Part shown: positions 16,934-26,733 of the stretch, in pieces
Position numbering within the stretch: the stretch's first letter is position 1
Layout of the letters: the number at the start of each line of letters is the position of its first letter
Virus record (IMG/VR): IMGVR_UViG_3300029875_000298
Source: a virus
Taxonomy: Duplodnaviria; Heunggongvirae; Uroviricota; Caudoviricetes
Length of the DNA: 39,557 nt
Strand: one strand, 5' to 3'
The notes under the pieces: model-generated
Database searches by the model: none
The model's input: only the letters and a program-made list of their open reading frames with translations
What the model was told of the DNA's origin: nothing
Program-made: the position numbers and the translations under genes

Positions 16934-16963
16934 AACCCGCCATTGAGCGGGTTTTGTTGTTTC
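16934..16963 (+). terminator. intrinsic terminator (tR'-like)
   Basis: AACCCGC-CATTGA-GCGGGTT hairpin followed by TTGTTGTTT. Confidence 0.55.
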
Positions 16964-17094
16964 TGTGGCGTGATATCAGAAACGACATTTAATAATCGCC
17001 TTCAAAATAAATTTGTTTATACATTGTCATGTATATTTTAAGTGAAAGTGAATTATTCACATAAAATAAAAACACATAAATAAATTTACATAAC

Positions 17095-17123
17095 TTGACG
17101 CAAAGTGTTGTTGCGATTGGAAT
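17095..17123 (+). promoter_or_regulatory. putative promoter for the tRNA pair, with A/T-rich upstream element
   Basis: -35 TTGACG (17095-17100), 17-nt spacer, -10-like TGGAAT (17118-17123), preceded by an extremely A/T-rich tract (17040-17094); tRNA-Thr begins at 17202. Confidence 0.35.
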
Positions 17124-17201
17124 ATTAAATCGTATCATCGAAAACGGTTCTGAGGGGGAACTCTTCTTTGCTCGGTGATATCGCTCCCCTGAAGAACCAA
17201 T

Positions 17202-17277
<76 letters not shown>

Positions 17278-17280
17278 TAT

Positions 17281-17355
<75 letters not shown>

Positions 17356-17716
17356 GCATTTGAAACAAGCCTTATTGTATTGCGGCACTGGCGTATTTTT
17401 TTATTACGTGGGAGCAGGTTGTTTTGAAAAAGCATTCTGTTCTCTGGCTATGATTTGAGGCCGGGTGTAGCCTCAGTGCTGATTTTTTACGGCAGCAGAA
17501 TGGTGCATTATCGGTGGAGATTTTGTATTTCCTGGCAGGGTCGGTGATGCATCATTCTGGTGTTGTAAAAGCACCGCAGAGGCGTTCCTCAGGGCGAGGG
17601 TGGTTTAAAGAGTCGGTTTAGCGGGAAACCACAGTATCCATACGGCACGGAATACTTCGGGAGGCACCCGACGCCTCGGTTTTATAACAATTAAATAATT
17701 CATCCCTTAATTGACC

Positions 17717-17743
17717 AACCGCCGTATCAGGCGGTTTTTTTTA
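17717..17743 (+). terminator. intrinsic terminator-like hairpin in the tRNA-to-holin interval
   Basis: AACCGCC-GTATCAG-GCGGTT followed by TTTTTTTT. Confidence 0.5.
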
Positions 17744-18131
17744 TTCCTTTCTCAGGACAAAAAAATACACGAGCATCCAGGAATACTCGTGGGACAACGT
17801 CCTTTGGATAGCAATTTGCGAGAGGGTGAAAAGTAGCGCGGTCGTCGGATTAAGACCGCGGGACAAAGTCCATGAAGAAGAATAAGTATCGGTCTCCTTC
17901 CGGAGACGAGTTGATATTACTAAGCTTTAAAAATGGTTTAAATCCTCAGATCAACCTTAATTTCAGATAAGGTTTATTTCATTTTCTCCGCGTCACATCC
18001 GACGCACATCACATCAGATAACACCACACAAAAGGCATCTGCGGGTGTCTTTGACGGGGTGTTTTTTACGGGCCGCTGGTGGCCATTTTTTGTTTCCATT
18101 ACACAGCGCCCGCATCTGCGAGGTGGGGGTT

Positions 18132-18347
18132 ATGAAATCCATGGATAAGTTAACAACGGGTGTCGCCTATGGCACCTCCGCAGGCAGTGCTGGCTACTGG
18201 TTTTTACAGCTGCTCGATAAAGTCACGCCCTCACAGTGGGCAGCAATAGGTGTGCTGGGTAGCTTGGTATTTGGCCTGCTGACGTACCTGACAAACCTTT
18301 ATTTCAAGATTAAAGAAGATAAGCGCAAGGCTGCGAGAGGTGAATAA
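18132..18347 (+). CDS. S: pinholin, phage 21 S21-like, 71 aa with dual-start MKSM motif
   Basis: [71 protein letters not shown] matches remembered S21; two TM helices; GGTGGGGG RBS. The ORF track starts at 18045. Confidence 0.85.
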
Positions 18348-18844
18348 TGCCTCCATCATTACGAAAAGCCGTTGCTGCTGCTATTGGTGGCGGAGCAATT
18401 GCTATAGCATCAGTGTTAATCACTGGCCCAAGTGGTAACGATGGTCTGGAAGGTGTCAGCTACATACCATACAAAGATATTGTTGGTGTATGGACTGTAT
18501 GTCACGGGCATACAGGAAAAGACATCATGCTCGGTAAAACGTATACCAAAGCAGAATGCAAAGCCCTCCTGAATAAAGACCTTGCCACGGTCGCCAGACA
18601 AATTAACCCGTACATAAAAGTTGATATACCGGAAACAACGCGCGGCGCTCTTTACTCGTTCGTTTACAACGTGGGCGCTGGCAATTTCAGAACATCGACG
18701 CTTCTTCGCAAAATAAACCAGGGCGATATCAAAGGCGCATGTGATCAGCTACGTCGCTGGACATATGCTGGCGGTAAGCAATGGAAAGGTCTCATGACTC
18801 GTCGTGAGATTGAGCGTGAAATCTGTTTGTGGGGTCAGCAATGA
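18347..18844 (+). CDS. R: SAR endolysin (lysozyme, R21-like), 165 aa
   Basis: N-terminal signal-anchor-release segment rich in Gly/Ala ([20 protein letters not shown]) followed by a lysozyme-like domain; start overlaps the holin stop. Confidence 0.85.
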   Translation: MPPSLRKAVAAAIGGGAIAIASVLITGPSGNDGLEGVSYIPYKDIVGVWTVCHGHTGKDIMLGKTYTKAECKALLNKDLATVARQINPYIKVDIPETTRGALYSFVYNVGAGNFRTSTLLRKINQGDIKGACDQLRRWTYAGGKQWKGLMTRREIEREICLWGQQ

Positions 18845-19305
18845 ACAGAGTAACCGCGATTATCTCCGCTCTGGTTATCTGCATCATCGTCTGCCTGTCA
18901 TGGGCTGTTAATCATTACCGTGATAATGCCATTACCTACAAAGCGCAACGCGATAATGTGAAGGAAAAACTCAACCAGGCGACCGCAATCATTACTGACA
19001 TGCAGATACGCCAGCGTGATGTTGCTGCACTCGATGCAAAATACCTGAAGGAGTTAGCTGATGCGAAAGCTGAAAATGATGCTCTGCGTGATGATGTTGC
19101 CGCTGGTCGTCGTCGGTTGCACATCAAAGCAGTCTGTCCGTCCGTGCGTGAAGCCACCATCGCCTCCAGCGTGGATAATGCAGTCTCCCCCAGACTGGCA
19201 GACACCGCTGAACGGGATTATTTCACCCTCCGGGAACGACTGGTAATGATGCAGGCCCAACTTGAAGGTGCTCAGCAATACATAACCGAACAGTGTTTAA
19301 AGTAA
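18841..19305 (+). CDS. Rz: i-spanin Rz, 154 aa
   Basis: N-terminal TM anchor and a coiled-coil-like periplasmic region; ATG overlaps the endolysin stop (ATGA). Confidence 0.8.
   Translation: MNRVTAIISALVICIIVCLSWAVNHYRDNAITYKAQRDNVKEKLNQATAIITDMQIRQRDVAALDAKYLKELADAKAENDALRDDVAAGRRRLHIKAVCPSVREATIASSVDNAVSPRLADTAERDYFTLRERLVMMQAQLEGAQQYITEQCLK
19061..19246 (+). CDS. Rz1: o-spanin Rz1 lipoprotein, 61 aa, embedded in the +1 frame of Rz
   Basis: [23 protein letters not shown]... has a lipobox-like LVVVGC and a proline-rich mature region; lies entirely inside Rz. Confidence 0.8.
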   Translation: MRKLKMMLCVMMLPLVVVGCTSKQSVRPCVKPPSPPAWIMQSPPDWQTPLNGIISPSGNDW

Positions 19306-19442
19306 AATCTTAACTACAATATGATTCATTTTGATGATTGTTTCATAAGGAACAGTGAAGTAAGATCTAAGATGAGTTAAATTTTATACAGTATAATCAT
19401 AATGTTGCAGCAAGGTGGTTATAATTGAAAGAATATTTAGAT

Positions 19443-20900
19443 ATGAATACATCTCATGTAAGAGTTGTTACTCATATGTGTGGGTTCCTGGTTTGGCTCT
19501 ATAGTCTTTCAATGTTGCCACCAATGGTTGTAGCATTGTTTTATAAAGAAAAAAGCCTGTTCGTTTTCTTTATAACTTTCGTTATATTTTTTTGCATTGG
19601 TGGCGGAGCGTGGTATACAACTAAGAAATCTGGTATTCAATTACGTACCCGTGATGGGTTTATTATAATTGTAATGTTTTGGATTTTGTTTTCTGTTATT
19701 AGTGCATTCCCTTTATGGATTGACTCAGAACTTAATTTAACGTTTATTGATGCTCTATTTGAAGGGGTTTCTGGAATAACAACAACAGGAGCAACTGTAA
19801 TTGATGATGTTAGTTCATTACCTCGGGCATATTTGTACTATCGGTCACAGTTAAATTTTATAGGTGGCTTAGGAGTTATTGTTCTGGCGGTTGCTGTATT
19901 GCCATTATTGGGTATTGGTGGTGCAAAGCTTTATCAGTCAGAAATGCCAGGGCCATTTAAGGATGACAAACTTACTCCCCGCCTGGCCGATACGTCACGG
20001 ACACTTTGGATAACTTATTCTTTATTAGGTATTGCTTGTATTGTCTGTTATAGACTTGCAGGAATGCCTTTGTTTGATGCTATTTGTCACGGGATATCCA
20101 CAGTTTCGCTTGGTGGTTTCTCAACTCATAGCGAGAGTATCGGATATTTTAATAACTATTTGGTTGAGCTGGTGGCTGGTTCTTTTTCCCTGCTATCGGC
20201 TTTCAACTTCACCCTTTGGTATATTGTTATTAGCAGGAAAACGTTAAAACCTTTAATCAGAGATATTGAACTTCGTTTCTTTCTGTTAATAGCCTTAGGG
20301 GTGATCATTGTTACCTCTTTCCAGGTCTGGCATATAGGTATGTATGACTTGCCCGGAAGTTTTATTCATTCGTTTTTTCTTGCCAGCTCCATGCTCACTG
20401 ATAATGGTTTAGCTACGCAGGATTATGCAAACTGGCCCACGCACACGATAGTGTTTTTGCTGTTGTCAAGTTTCTTTGGGGGATGTATAGGTTCAACTTG
20501 TGGTGGAATTAAGTCACTTCGATTTCTTATACTTTTCAAACAAAGCAAACACGAGATAAACCAGCTTTCTCATCCCAGAGCGTTGTTGAGTGTAAATGTA
20601 GGAGGGAAGATAGTTACAGATCGTGTAATGAGGTCTGTATGGAGTTTCTTTTTTCTTTATACTCTCTTCACGGTGTTTTTTATACTGGTGTTAAATGGTA
20701 TGGGATATGATTTTCTTACATCATTTGCAACAGTGGCTGCATGTATTAATAATATGGGATTAGGTTTTGGGGCTACTGCATCGTCATTCGGAGTGCTTAA
20801 TGACATTGCAAAATATTTAATGTGCATAGCTATGATTCTTGGTCGCCTTGAAATTTATCCTGTTATTATATTGTTTTCAGGTTTTTTTTGGCGCTCCTAA
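19443..20900 (+). CDS. trkG: TrkG potassium uptake protein (TrkH family), 485 aa
   Basis: Polytopic membrane protein matching remembered K-12 TrkG (MNTSHVRVVTHMCGFLVWLYSL...); noticeably A/T-rich relative to flanking phage genes. Confidence 0.9.
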   Translation: MNTSHVRVVTHMCGFLVWLYSLSMLPPMVVALFYKEKSLFVFFITFVIFFCIGGGAWYTTKKSGIQLRTRDGFIIIVMFWILFSVISAFPLWIDSELNLTFIDALFEGVSGITTTGATVIDDVSSLPRAYLYYRSQLNFIGGLGVIVLAVAVLPLLGIGGAKLYQSEMPGPFKDDKLTPRLADTSRTLWITYSLLGIACIVCYRLAGMPLFDAICHGISTVSLGGFSTHSESIGYFNNYLVELVAGSFSLLSAFNFTLWYIVISRKTLKPLIRDIELRFFLLIALGVIIVTSFQVWHIGMYDLPGSFIHSFFLASSMLTDNGLATQDYANWPTHTIVFLLLSSFFGGCIGSTCGGIKSLRFLILFKQSKHEINQLSHPRALLSVNVGGKIVTDRVMRSVWSFFFLYTLFTVFFILVLNGMGYDFLTSFATVAACINNMGLGFGATASSFGVLNDIAKYLMCIAMILGRLEIYPVIILFSGFFWRS

Positions 20901-21037
20901 TATATGGCTGATTTATAATTGTGAGTTTAATATTATATTGACTCACTCATTGATCCAATACCTAACTTTACCAGCAACACCTCCGCCCCCAGTAGCACTG
21001 GCTGCTGGGGTGCGTTTTATTCATAAAGCAAGGCTGT

Positions 21038-21829
21038 ATGAGCGAGAAATTGAAGATCGTCTATCGCCCTTTACAAGAACTGTCTCCGTATGCACACAAC
21101 GCCAGGACACACAGCCCTGAGCAGGTGGCACAACTGGTAGAAAGCATTAAGCAATTCGGCTGGACTAATCCGGTGCTGATTGATGAAAAGGGCGAAATTA
21201 TTGCTGGTCACGGTCGCGTTATGGCGGCTGAAGTGCTCAAAATGGATTCCATTCCGGTCATCGTTCTGTCTGGTTTGATGGATGATCAGAAAAAGGCGTA
21301 CCGCCTGGCAGATAATCGCCTGCCGATGAATGCTGGCTGGGATGAAGATCTGTTACGGATGGAGCTGTCGGACCTAATCAATGCTGATTTTGATGTCTCC
21401 CTGACAGGCTTCAGCCCGACAGAAATTGATGAACTGTTGACGGATGTTTTGCCCGGTACAGAAAATGAGGAGGAGCCGTATACGACGAAAATTGATACGC
21501 CTGTTTATGAGCCGTCGGGCGGTAAACCGGATATCAGTGAACTGTACGACGATACGAAAACTCAGGAGCTGATCAGCCGGATACGTTCGGCGTCTCTTGA
21601 GCCTGATATTGAGAAATTCCTCCTGTGTGCGGCAGAACGTCACACGGTGTTTAATTTCAGCAGAATTGCGGACTATTACGCTCACGCCCCCGCTGAAATT
21701 CAGTGTTTTTTCGAGGAGTCGGCGCTGGTGATCATTGATTATCAGCAGGCTATTGAAAATGGATTTGTCCGGATGACGCAGCGCATGGTGGAGATCATGC
21801 ATGGTGGTGAGGAGGAGGAATATGCGTGA
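21038..21829 (+). CDS. ParB N-terminal-domain (ParB/Srx-like) protein, 263 aa
   Basis: Characteristic ParB-N motif region (LQELSPYAHNARTHSPEQVAQLV ... IIAGHGRVMAA ... AYRLADNRL); corresponds to the truncated ynaK pseudogene of K-12 Rac by position. Confidence 0.75.
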   Translation: MSEKLKIVYRPLQELSPYAHNARTHSPEQVAQLVESIKQFGWTNPVLIDEKGEIIAGHGRVMAAEVLKMDSIPVIVLSGLMDDQKKAYRLADNRLPMNAGWDEDLLRMELSDLINADFDVSLTGFSPTEIDELLTDVLPGTENEEEPYTTKIDTPVYEPSGGKPDISELYDDTKTQELISRIRSASLEPDIEKFLLCAAERHTVFNFSRIADYYAHAPAEIQCFFEESALVIIDYQQAIENGFVRMTQRMVEIMHGGEEEEYA

Positions 21830-22754
21830 TGATTTTTGCGCCTTTATTCTGACTCACGGGCGACCGGACAAAGTTCTGACTTACCGGACGTTGCGTCGTG
21901 CTGGCTATACCGGGAAAATTTTTATCGTTGTTGATGATGAAGATAAGACACGGCATCAGTACATGGCTGAATTTGGTGAACAGGTGCTGGTGTTTTCCAA
22001 AGCCGATATCGCCAGTCGTTTTGACGAAGCCGATAATTTCGGTGACCGCCGCTCAATTTTTTACGCCCGTAATGCCTGTTTCGACCTGGCAAAACTGGTC
22101 GGGTGTAAATACTTCATTCAGCTCGATGATGATTATCACGAGTTCCAGTTTCGGGTGGATCGCAACTATGACCAGGCCTATTTTCCGATAAGGAAACTGG
22201 ATGCGATCCTTTCTGAAATGCTGGCGTACTACGAATCAATACCTGCTCTTTCCATCGCTATGTCGCAGGGCGGGGATTTTCTTGGTGACAATGGCGGCCA
22301 TGCTTCGTGGGTGAAACGCAAGGCAATGAACAGCTTTATCTGTTCGGTTGATCGACCGTTCTCATTCATGGGGCGCATTAACGAGGATGTGAATACGTAC
22401 ACGAATCTCGGTCGCTGTGGTGAATTGTTTATGACGATCGGTGCTGTCCAGTTAGGGCAGAAACAGACGCAGAAAAACAGCGGCGGAATGACCGAGCTGT
22501 ATCTGGATTCCGGAACCTACGTTAAAAGTTTTTACTCCGTCATGTATGCGCCGTCGTGCGTAAAAATCTCACTGATGGGTGCCAGCCATAAACGCATTCA
22601 CCATCAGGTCACCTGGAACAACGCTGCAGTAAAAATCCTTCACGAAAAATACAGGAAGAAGACACCCTGCATATCAATAGGGGTGACAAATGATTCCGTA
22701 TTCGAAAGTCGAGTCTCTGGCAGCGTGCCGGATGACTGCACAACAAATCGCTGA
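21822..22754 (+). CDS. hypothetical protein, 310 aa, with possible GT-A-fold glycosyltransferase-like signature
   Basis: ATG at 21822 preceded by GGAGGAGG, overlapping the ParB-like stop. N-terminal pattern FILTHGRP ... IFIVVDDEDK ... FIQLDDDY has the spacing of a GT2-type strand/DD/DxD arrangement. Motif-level inference only. Confidence 0.45.
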   Translation: MRDDFCAFILTHGRPDKVLTYRTLRRAGYTGKIFIVVDDEDKTRHQYMAEFGEQVLVFSKADIASRFDEADNFGDRRSIFYARNACFDLAKLVGCKYFIQLDDDYHEFQFRVDRNYDQAYFPIRKLDAILSEMLAYYESIPALSIAMSQGGDFLGDNGGHASWVKRKAMNSFICSVDRPFSFMGRINEDVNTYTNLGRCGELFMTIGAVQLGQKQTQKNSGGMTELYLDSGTYVKSFYSVMYAPSCVKISLMGASHKRIHHQVTWNNAAVKILHEKYRKKTPCISIGVTNDSVFESRVSGSVPDDCTTNR

Positions 22755-22941
22755 CGTTCTGGATGTTGATCTGAACCGACTGAAAGAAAATCGGGAAGCA
22801 ATGACAGATTTTTATGCGGCCATCCGTAAGGGCAGAGCGAAAGGTGAAGCCGAGTTACGAGCGGCATTGTTTAAGCTTGCCAGAAAAGGGGATGCCTTTG
22901 CTCTGCGCGAACTACTCAGGGTGGATAAAAATCAGGACTAA
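22690..22941 (+). CDS. hypothetical small helical protein, 83 aa, upstream of the small terminase
   Basis: ATG with AGGGGTG RBS; overlaps the 3' end of the upstream gene by 65 nt, so one of the two boundaries may be wrong. Confidence 0.35.
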   Translation: MIPYSKVESLAACRMTAQQIADVLDVDLNRLKENREAMTDFYAAIRKGRAKGEAELRAALFKLARKGDAFALRELLRVDKNQD

Positions 22942-22944
22942 CTG

Positions 22945-24042
22945 ATGAGCAGACCGGACTGGGGGGCGTTGCAGCAGGAGTATATTGCTGAATACACCCG
23001 CTCCGGTATATCTCCGGTGGCATGGTGTGAAGCAAGGGGACTGAATTACGCAACAGCCCGTCGTTACATCAAAAAACCTCCGAAAAATGCGCAGACAGAA
23101 ATGCGCAAAACTGCGCAAAAAAGTGCGCAGAAAAAATCTGCGCAGACTGCACAAAAGCGGAACGAAAAATCTCAGGAAAAAAAGCCAGTATTCGATGCGG
23201 GCCTGAATGAGGGCGACGCGGAGGAATTTTCGTTCTGTCCCGATGAATTCGGCATTTCTGACCAGCAGGCTAAGTTTGCGATGCTTGTTGCTCAGGGGAA
23301 AAAGCCGACAGAGGCGTACCGACTAGCCGGTTATGAGGGGCAAGGTGCGACAGCTAACAGCAACGCCAGTCGTATGCTTAGAAATGCCAGGGTTTTTCGC
23401 GCTATCAGCTACTTCCGCAATCAGTACCAGAAACGCTATACCGCAGACCTGGATTTACTGGTGAGTCAGTTGATGGCCATTGTCCTGGCCGACCCCAATC
23501 AGCTTGCACAATTTCGCCGTGTTAACTGCCGTTATTGCTGGGGCGAGAATCATCTCTACCAGTGGCGCGATATAGCAGAATTCGACAAGGCAGCGGCGCA
23601 GGCTTCCAGAGATGGCAAACCCGAACCGGAATATGGAGGCCTCGGCTTTGTTGATAACGCCATACCCAATCCGGACTGCCCGAAGTGCTGCGGTGAGGGA
23701 ACGGGACAGCTTTATATGGCTGATACCACTCTGCTTGATGGGGATGCGCGGCAATTATATGCAGGGGCAAAACTCGGAAAATTCGGCGTTGAGATCCTGC
23801 TGGAGGATAAGGCTGCCGCCCGGCGTGAATTGTTGCGTTTGCTTTCTGCTGGCGGGGCTTTATGTGCAGATAAGCGGCTACAGGAACTGGAAATTGAACG
23901 ACGCAGAATGGAAAACCAGAAGCTGCGCAAAGAGATCGAAACGGTGGAAGATAATGAACATCCCCAGCCTGTGGCGATCAATATTAATGTGGTTGATGCC
24001 AGAAGAGTAAGGAGTGATGAAGATGATCTCTCCGACGCTTAA
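22945..24042 (+). CDS. terminase small subunit, 365 aa, with C-terminal Cys cluster
   Basis: Directly precedes and overlaps the large terminase; N-terminal HTH-like region; Cys clusters CRYCWGENH and CPKCCGEG. Confidence 0.65.
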   Translation: MSRPDWGALQQEYIAEYTRSGISPVAWCEARGLNYATARRYIKKPPKNAQTEMRKTAQKSAQKKSAQTAQKRNEKSQEKKPVFDAGLNEGDAEEFSFCPDEFGISDQQAKFAMLVAQGKKPTEAYRLAGYEGQGATANSNASRMLRNARVFRAISYFRNQYQKRYTADLDLLVSQLMAIVLADPNQLAQFRRVNCRYCWGENHLYQWRDIAEFDKAAAQASRDGKPEPEYGGLGFVDNAIPNPDCPKCCGEGTGQLYMADTTLLDGDARQLYAGAKLGKFGVEILLEDKAAARRELLRLLSAGGALCADKRLQELEIERRRMENQKLRKEIETVEDNEHPQPVAININVVDARRVRSDEDDLSDA

Positions 24043-25324
24043 TGTGCCTCAGGCGCGATTTCTTTCAATGCCCCATAAATTTAAAGCCTATATTGCTGGT
24101 TTTGGCTCGGGCAAAACATGGGTTGGGTGTGGCGGCATATGCAAGGGGATTTGGGAGCATCCAGGTATAAATCAGGGATATTTTGCGCCAACGTATCCCC
24201 AAATTCGCGATATTTTTTACCCTACAGTGGAAGAAGTTGCTGCTGACTGGGGATTGAACGTAAAAATTAATGAGGGAAATAAAGAGGTTCACTTTTATTA
24301 CGGACGCCAGTATCGGGGAACCACTATCTGCAGATCGATGGAGAAGCCACAAACGATCGTCGGTTTCAAAATTGGTAATGCGCTGGTGGATGAACTGGAC
24401 ATTTTGCCGAAGGAAAAAGCCAGAACGGCGTGGCGCAAGATAATTGCGCGTATGCGTTATAAGATTGATGGACTTCGCAACGGTATTGACGTTACAACCA
24501 CGCCGGAAGGATTCAAATTTGTCTACGAGCAGTTTGTTAAAGCCGTGCGTGAAAAAACAGAGCTGGCCTCACTGTATGGTCTGGTGCAGGCATCTACTTT
24601 CGATAATGAAAAGAACCTGCCAGCAGATTACATTCCTTCGCTTCTTGAATCATACCCTCCAGAGCTGATTAAAGCCTATCTTCGAGGACAGTTTACTAAC
24701 CTGACAAGTGGTACTGTTTACCATCAGTTTGACCGGAAACTGAATAATTGCGAAGAAGTGGAGCAGCCAGGGGAGCCGATTTATATTGGGATGGATTTTA
24801 ACGTTGGAAAGATGGCGGGGATCGTCCATGTGCTGCGTTTGGGGCTTCCATGTGCGGTAACTGAAATCATCAATGCCTACGATACGCCGGATATGATCCG
24901 CATCATTAAAGAACGCTTCTGGCTGTATGACGGGAATGATTACCGGAAAGTGAGGGAGATTTATATTTATCCAGATGCTTCCGGAGATTCCAGAAAATCA
25001 AGTAACGCAAGTACGACGGATATAGCCCAGCTTAAGCAGGCTGGTTTTAACGTTGTGGTGAACAGCTCGAACCCGCCAGTAAAAGATCGCGTTAACTCAA
25101 TGAATGCAATGTTCTGCAATGCCAATGGTGAGCGTCGCTATAAAGTTAATGTGAAGCGTTGTCCGGTATATGCCGAATCTCTGGAGCAACAGGTCTGGGA
25201 TGATAAGGGGGAGCCTGATAAAAAATCTGGCAATGATCACCCGAATGATGCCGGAGGTTATTTCATCGTTAAGCAATTCCCTATTGTCAAACCGACCGGA
25301 AGAGTCACATCACTTCGGATTTAA
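24014..25324 (+). CDS. terminase large subunit, 436 aa
   Basis: Walker A-like AGFGSGKTW near the N-terminus, acidic motif GMDFNVG, C-terminal nuclease-like region; followed by the portal gene. Confidence 0.85.
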   Translation: MMKMISPTLNVPQARFLSMPHKFKAYIAGFGSGKTWVGCGGICKGIWEHPGINQGYFAPTYPQIRDIFYPTVEEVAADWGLNVKINEGNKEVHFYYGRQYRGTTICRSMEKPQTIVGFKIGNALVDELDILPKEKARTAWRKIIARMRYKIDGLRNGIDVTTTPEGFKFVYEQFVKAVREKTELASLYGLVQASTFDNEKNLPADYIPSLLESYPPELIKAYLRGQFTNLTSGTVYHQFDRKLNNCEEVEQPGEPIYIGMDFNVGKMAGIVHVLRLGLPCAVTEIINAYDTPDMIRIIKERFWLYDGNDYRKVREIYIYPDASGDSRKSSNASTTDIAQLKQAGFNVVVNSSNPPVKDRVNSMNAMFCNANGERRYKVNVKRCPVYAESLEQQVWDDKGEPDKKSGNDHPNDAGGYFIVKQFPIVKPTGRVTSLRI

Positions 25325-25326
25325 TT

Positions 25327-26733
25327 ATGGCTGATATATCAACACCCAACCTCGACTATAACGATATGCTGGAGGCGTGGGATATTAACGACGCATTGAT
25401 GGGCGGTACGCTTGAAATGCGCAGGCAGGGGGAAAATTATCTCCCCAAATGGCCTAATGAAGATGAAGACGCTTATAAAAAACGCCTGTCTGTGGCTACG
25501 CTACTTCCTGTGTATGAAGAAAGCATCAAACAAAATATTGGGCGCATATTTGCAGAGCCGACAGTATTGAGTGAGGAAACGCCGGAAAAAATCAGGGAAT
25601 ATGCAGAAAATATCGACATGGAGGGGAGCCGACTGGATGTGTGGGCGCAGCAATTTTTCAGTCTCGCATTTCAGTATGGTGTGGCACATGCGCTGGTGGA
25701 CTATCCACGAACGGATATGAAAGAGATTCGGACAAAAGCCGATGAAAACGCGGCCGGTGGTCGCCCGTACGTTACGATGCTGAATCCACGCCAGGTTATT
25801 GGATGGAAATCGAAAGTTGAAAAAGGGAAAGTTGTTCTCACTGATTTGCGTATAAAAGAGGTCATCATTATTGATGGTGATGATTTCGGGCAGAAGAAGG
25901 TGGAGCAGATCCGCCATATTATGCCCCGTCGAGTTGAAATTTATCGACGCAGCGAAGGTACTAATGGCGAATCTGTCTGGACGCTTCATGAGTCATGGAA
26001 TACCAGCCGTGATGATATTCCTCTGGTAACACTGTATACGAAGAAAACAGGGTTTATGCGTGGTACACCGCCATTGCTTAATCTTGGCTTGCTGAATATC
26101 AAGCACTGGCAAAGCCAGAGCGAGCAGGACAATATTCTTCATGTTGCCCGCGTTCCATTGCTGGTGGCCTACGGGCTGGACAGGAATGAAGAACTGACGG
26201 TTGGTGCATCCACCGCTACGATTTTTGAGGACAGAACAAAAAATGGCCTCGAATATGTTGAACATAGTGGCGCAGCGATAGAATCTGGCGAAACATCACT
26301 TGAGAAGCTGGAAAATCAGATGCGTCATGCCGGCGCTAAACTTCTGCGGGCTGAAAATACATCCACCAAATCTGTTGATCAGACTAATGAAGAGCGGATG
26401 CAGGAACACTCGCCGCTTTATACAATGGCGAACTCCCTCGAAGATGCCCTCGATAATATTCTCCAGATAATGGCGGAATGGAGCGGAGAGAGTTGCGGTG
26501 GCAATGTGGATGTGCGCACTGAACTGGATATATCTGCCCAGGTGTTTGACTCATCCTCCGCGCTGGCTGTTCAGTCATTGCGTCAGGGCGGTGATATACG
26601 TCAGATTGATGCGGTTCGGGTGTTGCAGGCGTTGAAATTTATCGATCAGGATTCCCGTCCAGAGGAAGTGATCGATGAATTAAAAAATCAGAGTGTAATG
26701 CTGATGGAAATCAATGATGCAAACCGTGAATGA
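25327..26733 (+). CDS. portal protein, 468 aa
   Basis: Size and position, immediately after the large terminase and before a head morphogenesis gene. Confidence 0.75.
   Translation: MADISTPNLDYNDMLEAWDINDALMGGTLEMRRQGENYLPKWPNEDEDAYKKRLSVATLLPVYEESIKQNIGRIFAEPTVLSEETPEKIREYAENIDMEGSRLDVWAQQFFSLAFQYGVAHALVDYPRTDMKEIRTKADENAAGGRPYVTMLNPRQVIGWKSKVEKGKVVLTDLRIKEVIIIDGDDFGQKKVEQIRHIMPRRVEIYRRSEGTNGESVWTLHESWNTSRDDIPLVTLYTKKTGFMRGTPPLLNLGLLNIKHWQSQSEQDNILHVARVPLLVAYGLDRNEELTVGASTATIFEDRTKNGLEYVEHSGAAIESGETSLEKLENQMRHAGAKLLRAENTSTKSVDQTNEERMQEHSPLYTMANSLEDALDNILQIMAEWSGESCGGNVDVRTELDISAQVFDSSSALAVQSLRQGGDIRQIDAVRVLQALKFIDQDSRPEEVIDELKNQSVMLMEINDANRE

Noticed and set aside
17356-18044. A third tRNA, or a toxin gene, in the interval after the tRNA pair
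   Set aside because: No further cloverleaf with T-loop consensus could be folded, and no ORF over 60 aa is present; recorded instead as a structured non-coding interval.
18045-18131. 29-codon N-terminal extension of the holin ORF
   Set aside because: The S21-type pinholin begins at the MKSM dual-start motif at 18132, which has its own RBS.
21374-21802. 142-aa minus-strand ORF antisense to the ParB-like gene
   Set aside because: Antisense to a gene with a clear ParB-N motif; no supporting signals.
25501-26265. Minus-strand ORFs of 162 and 90 aa inside the portal gene
   Set aside because: Antisense within a long structural gene in a uniformly plus-strand late operon.
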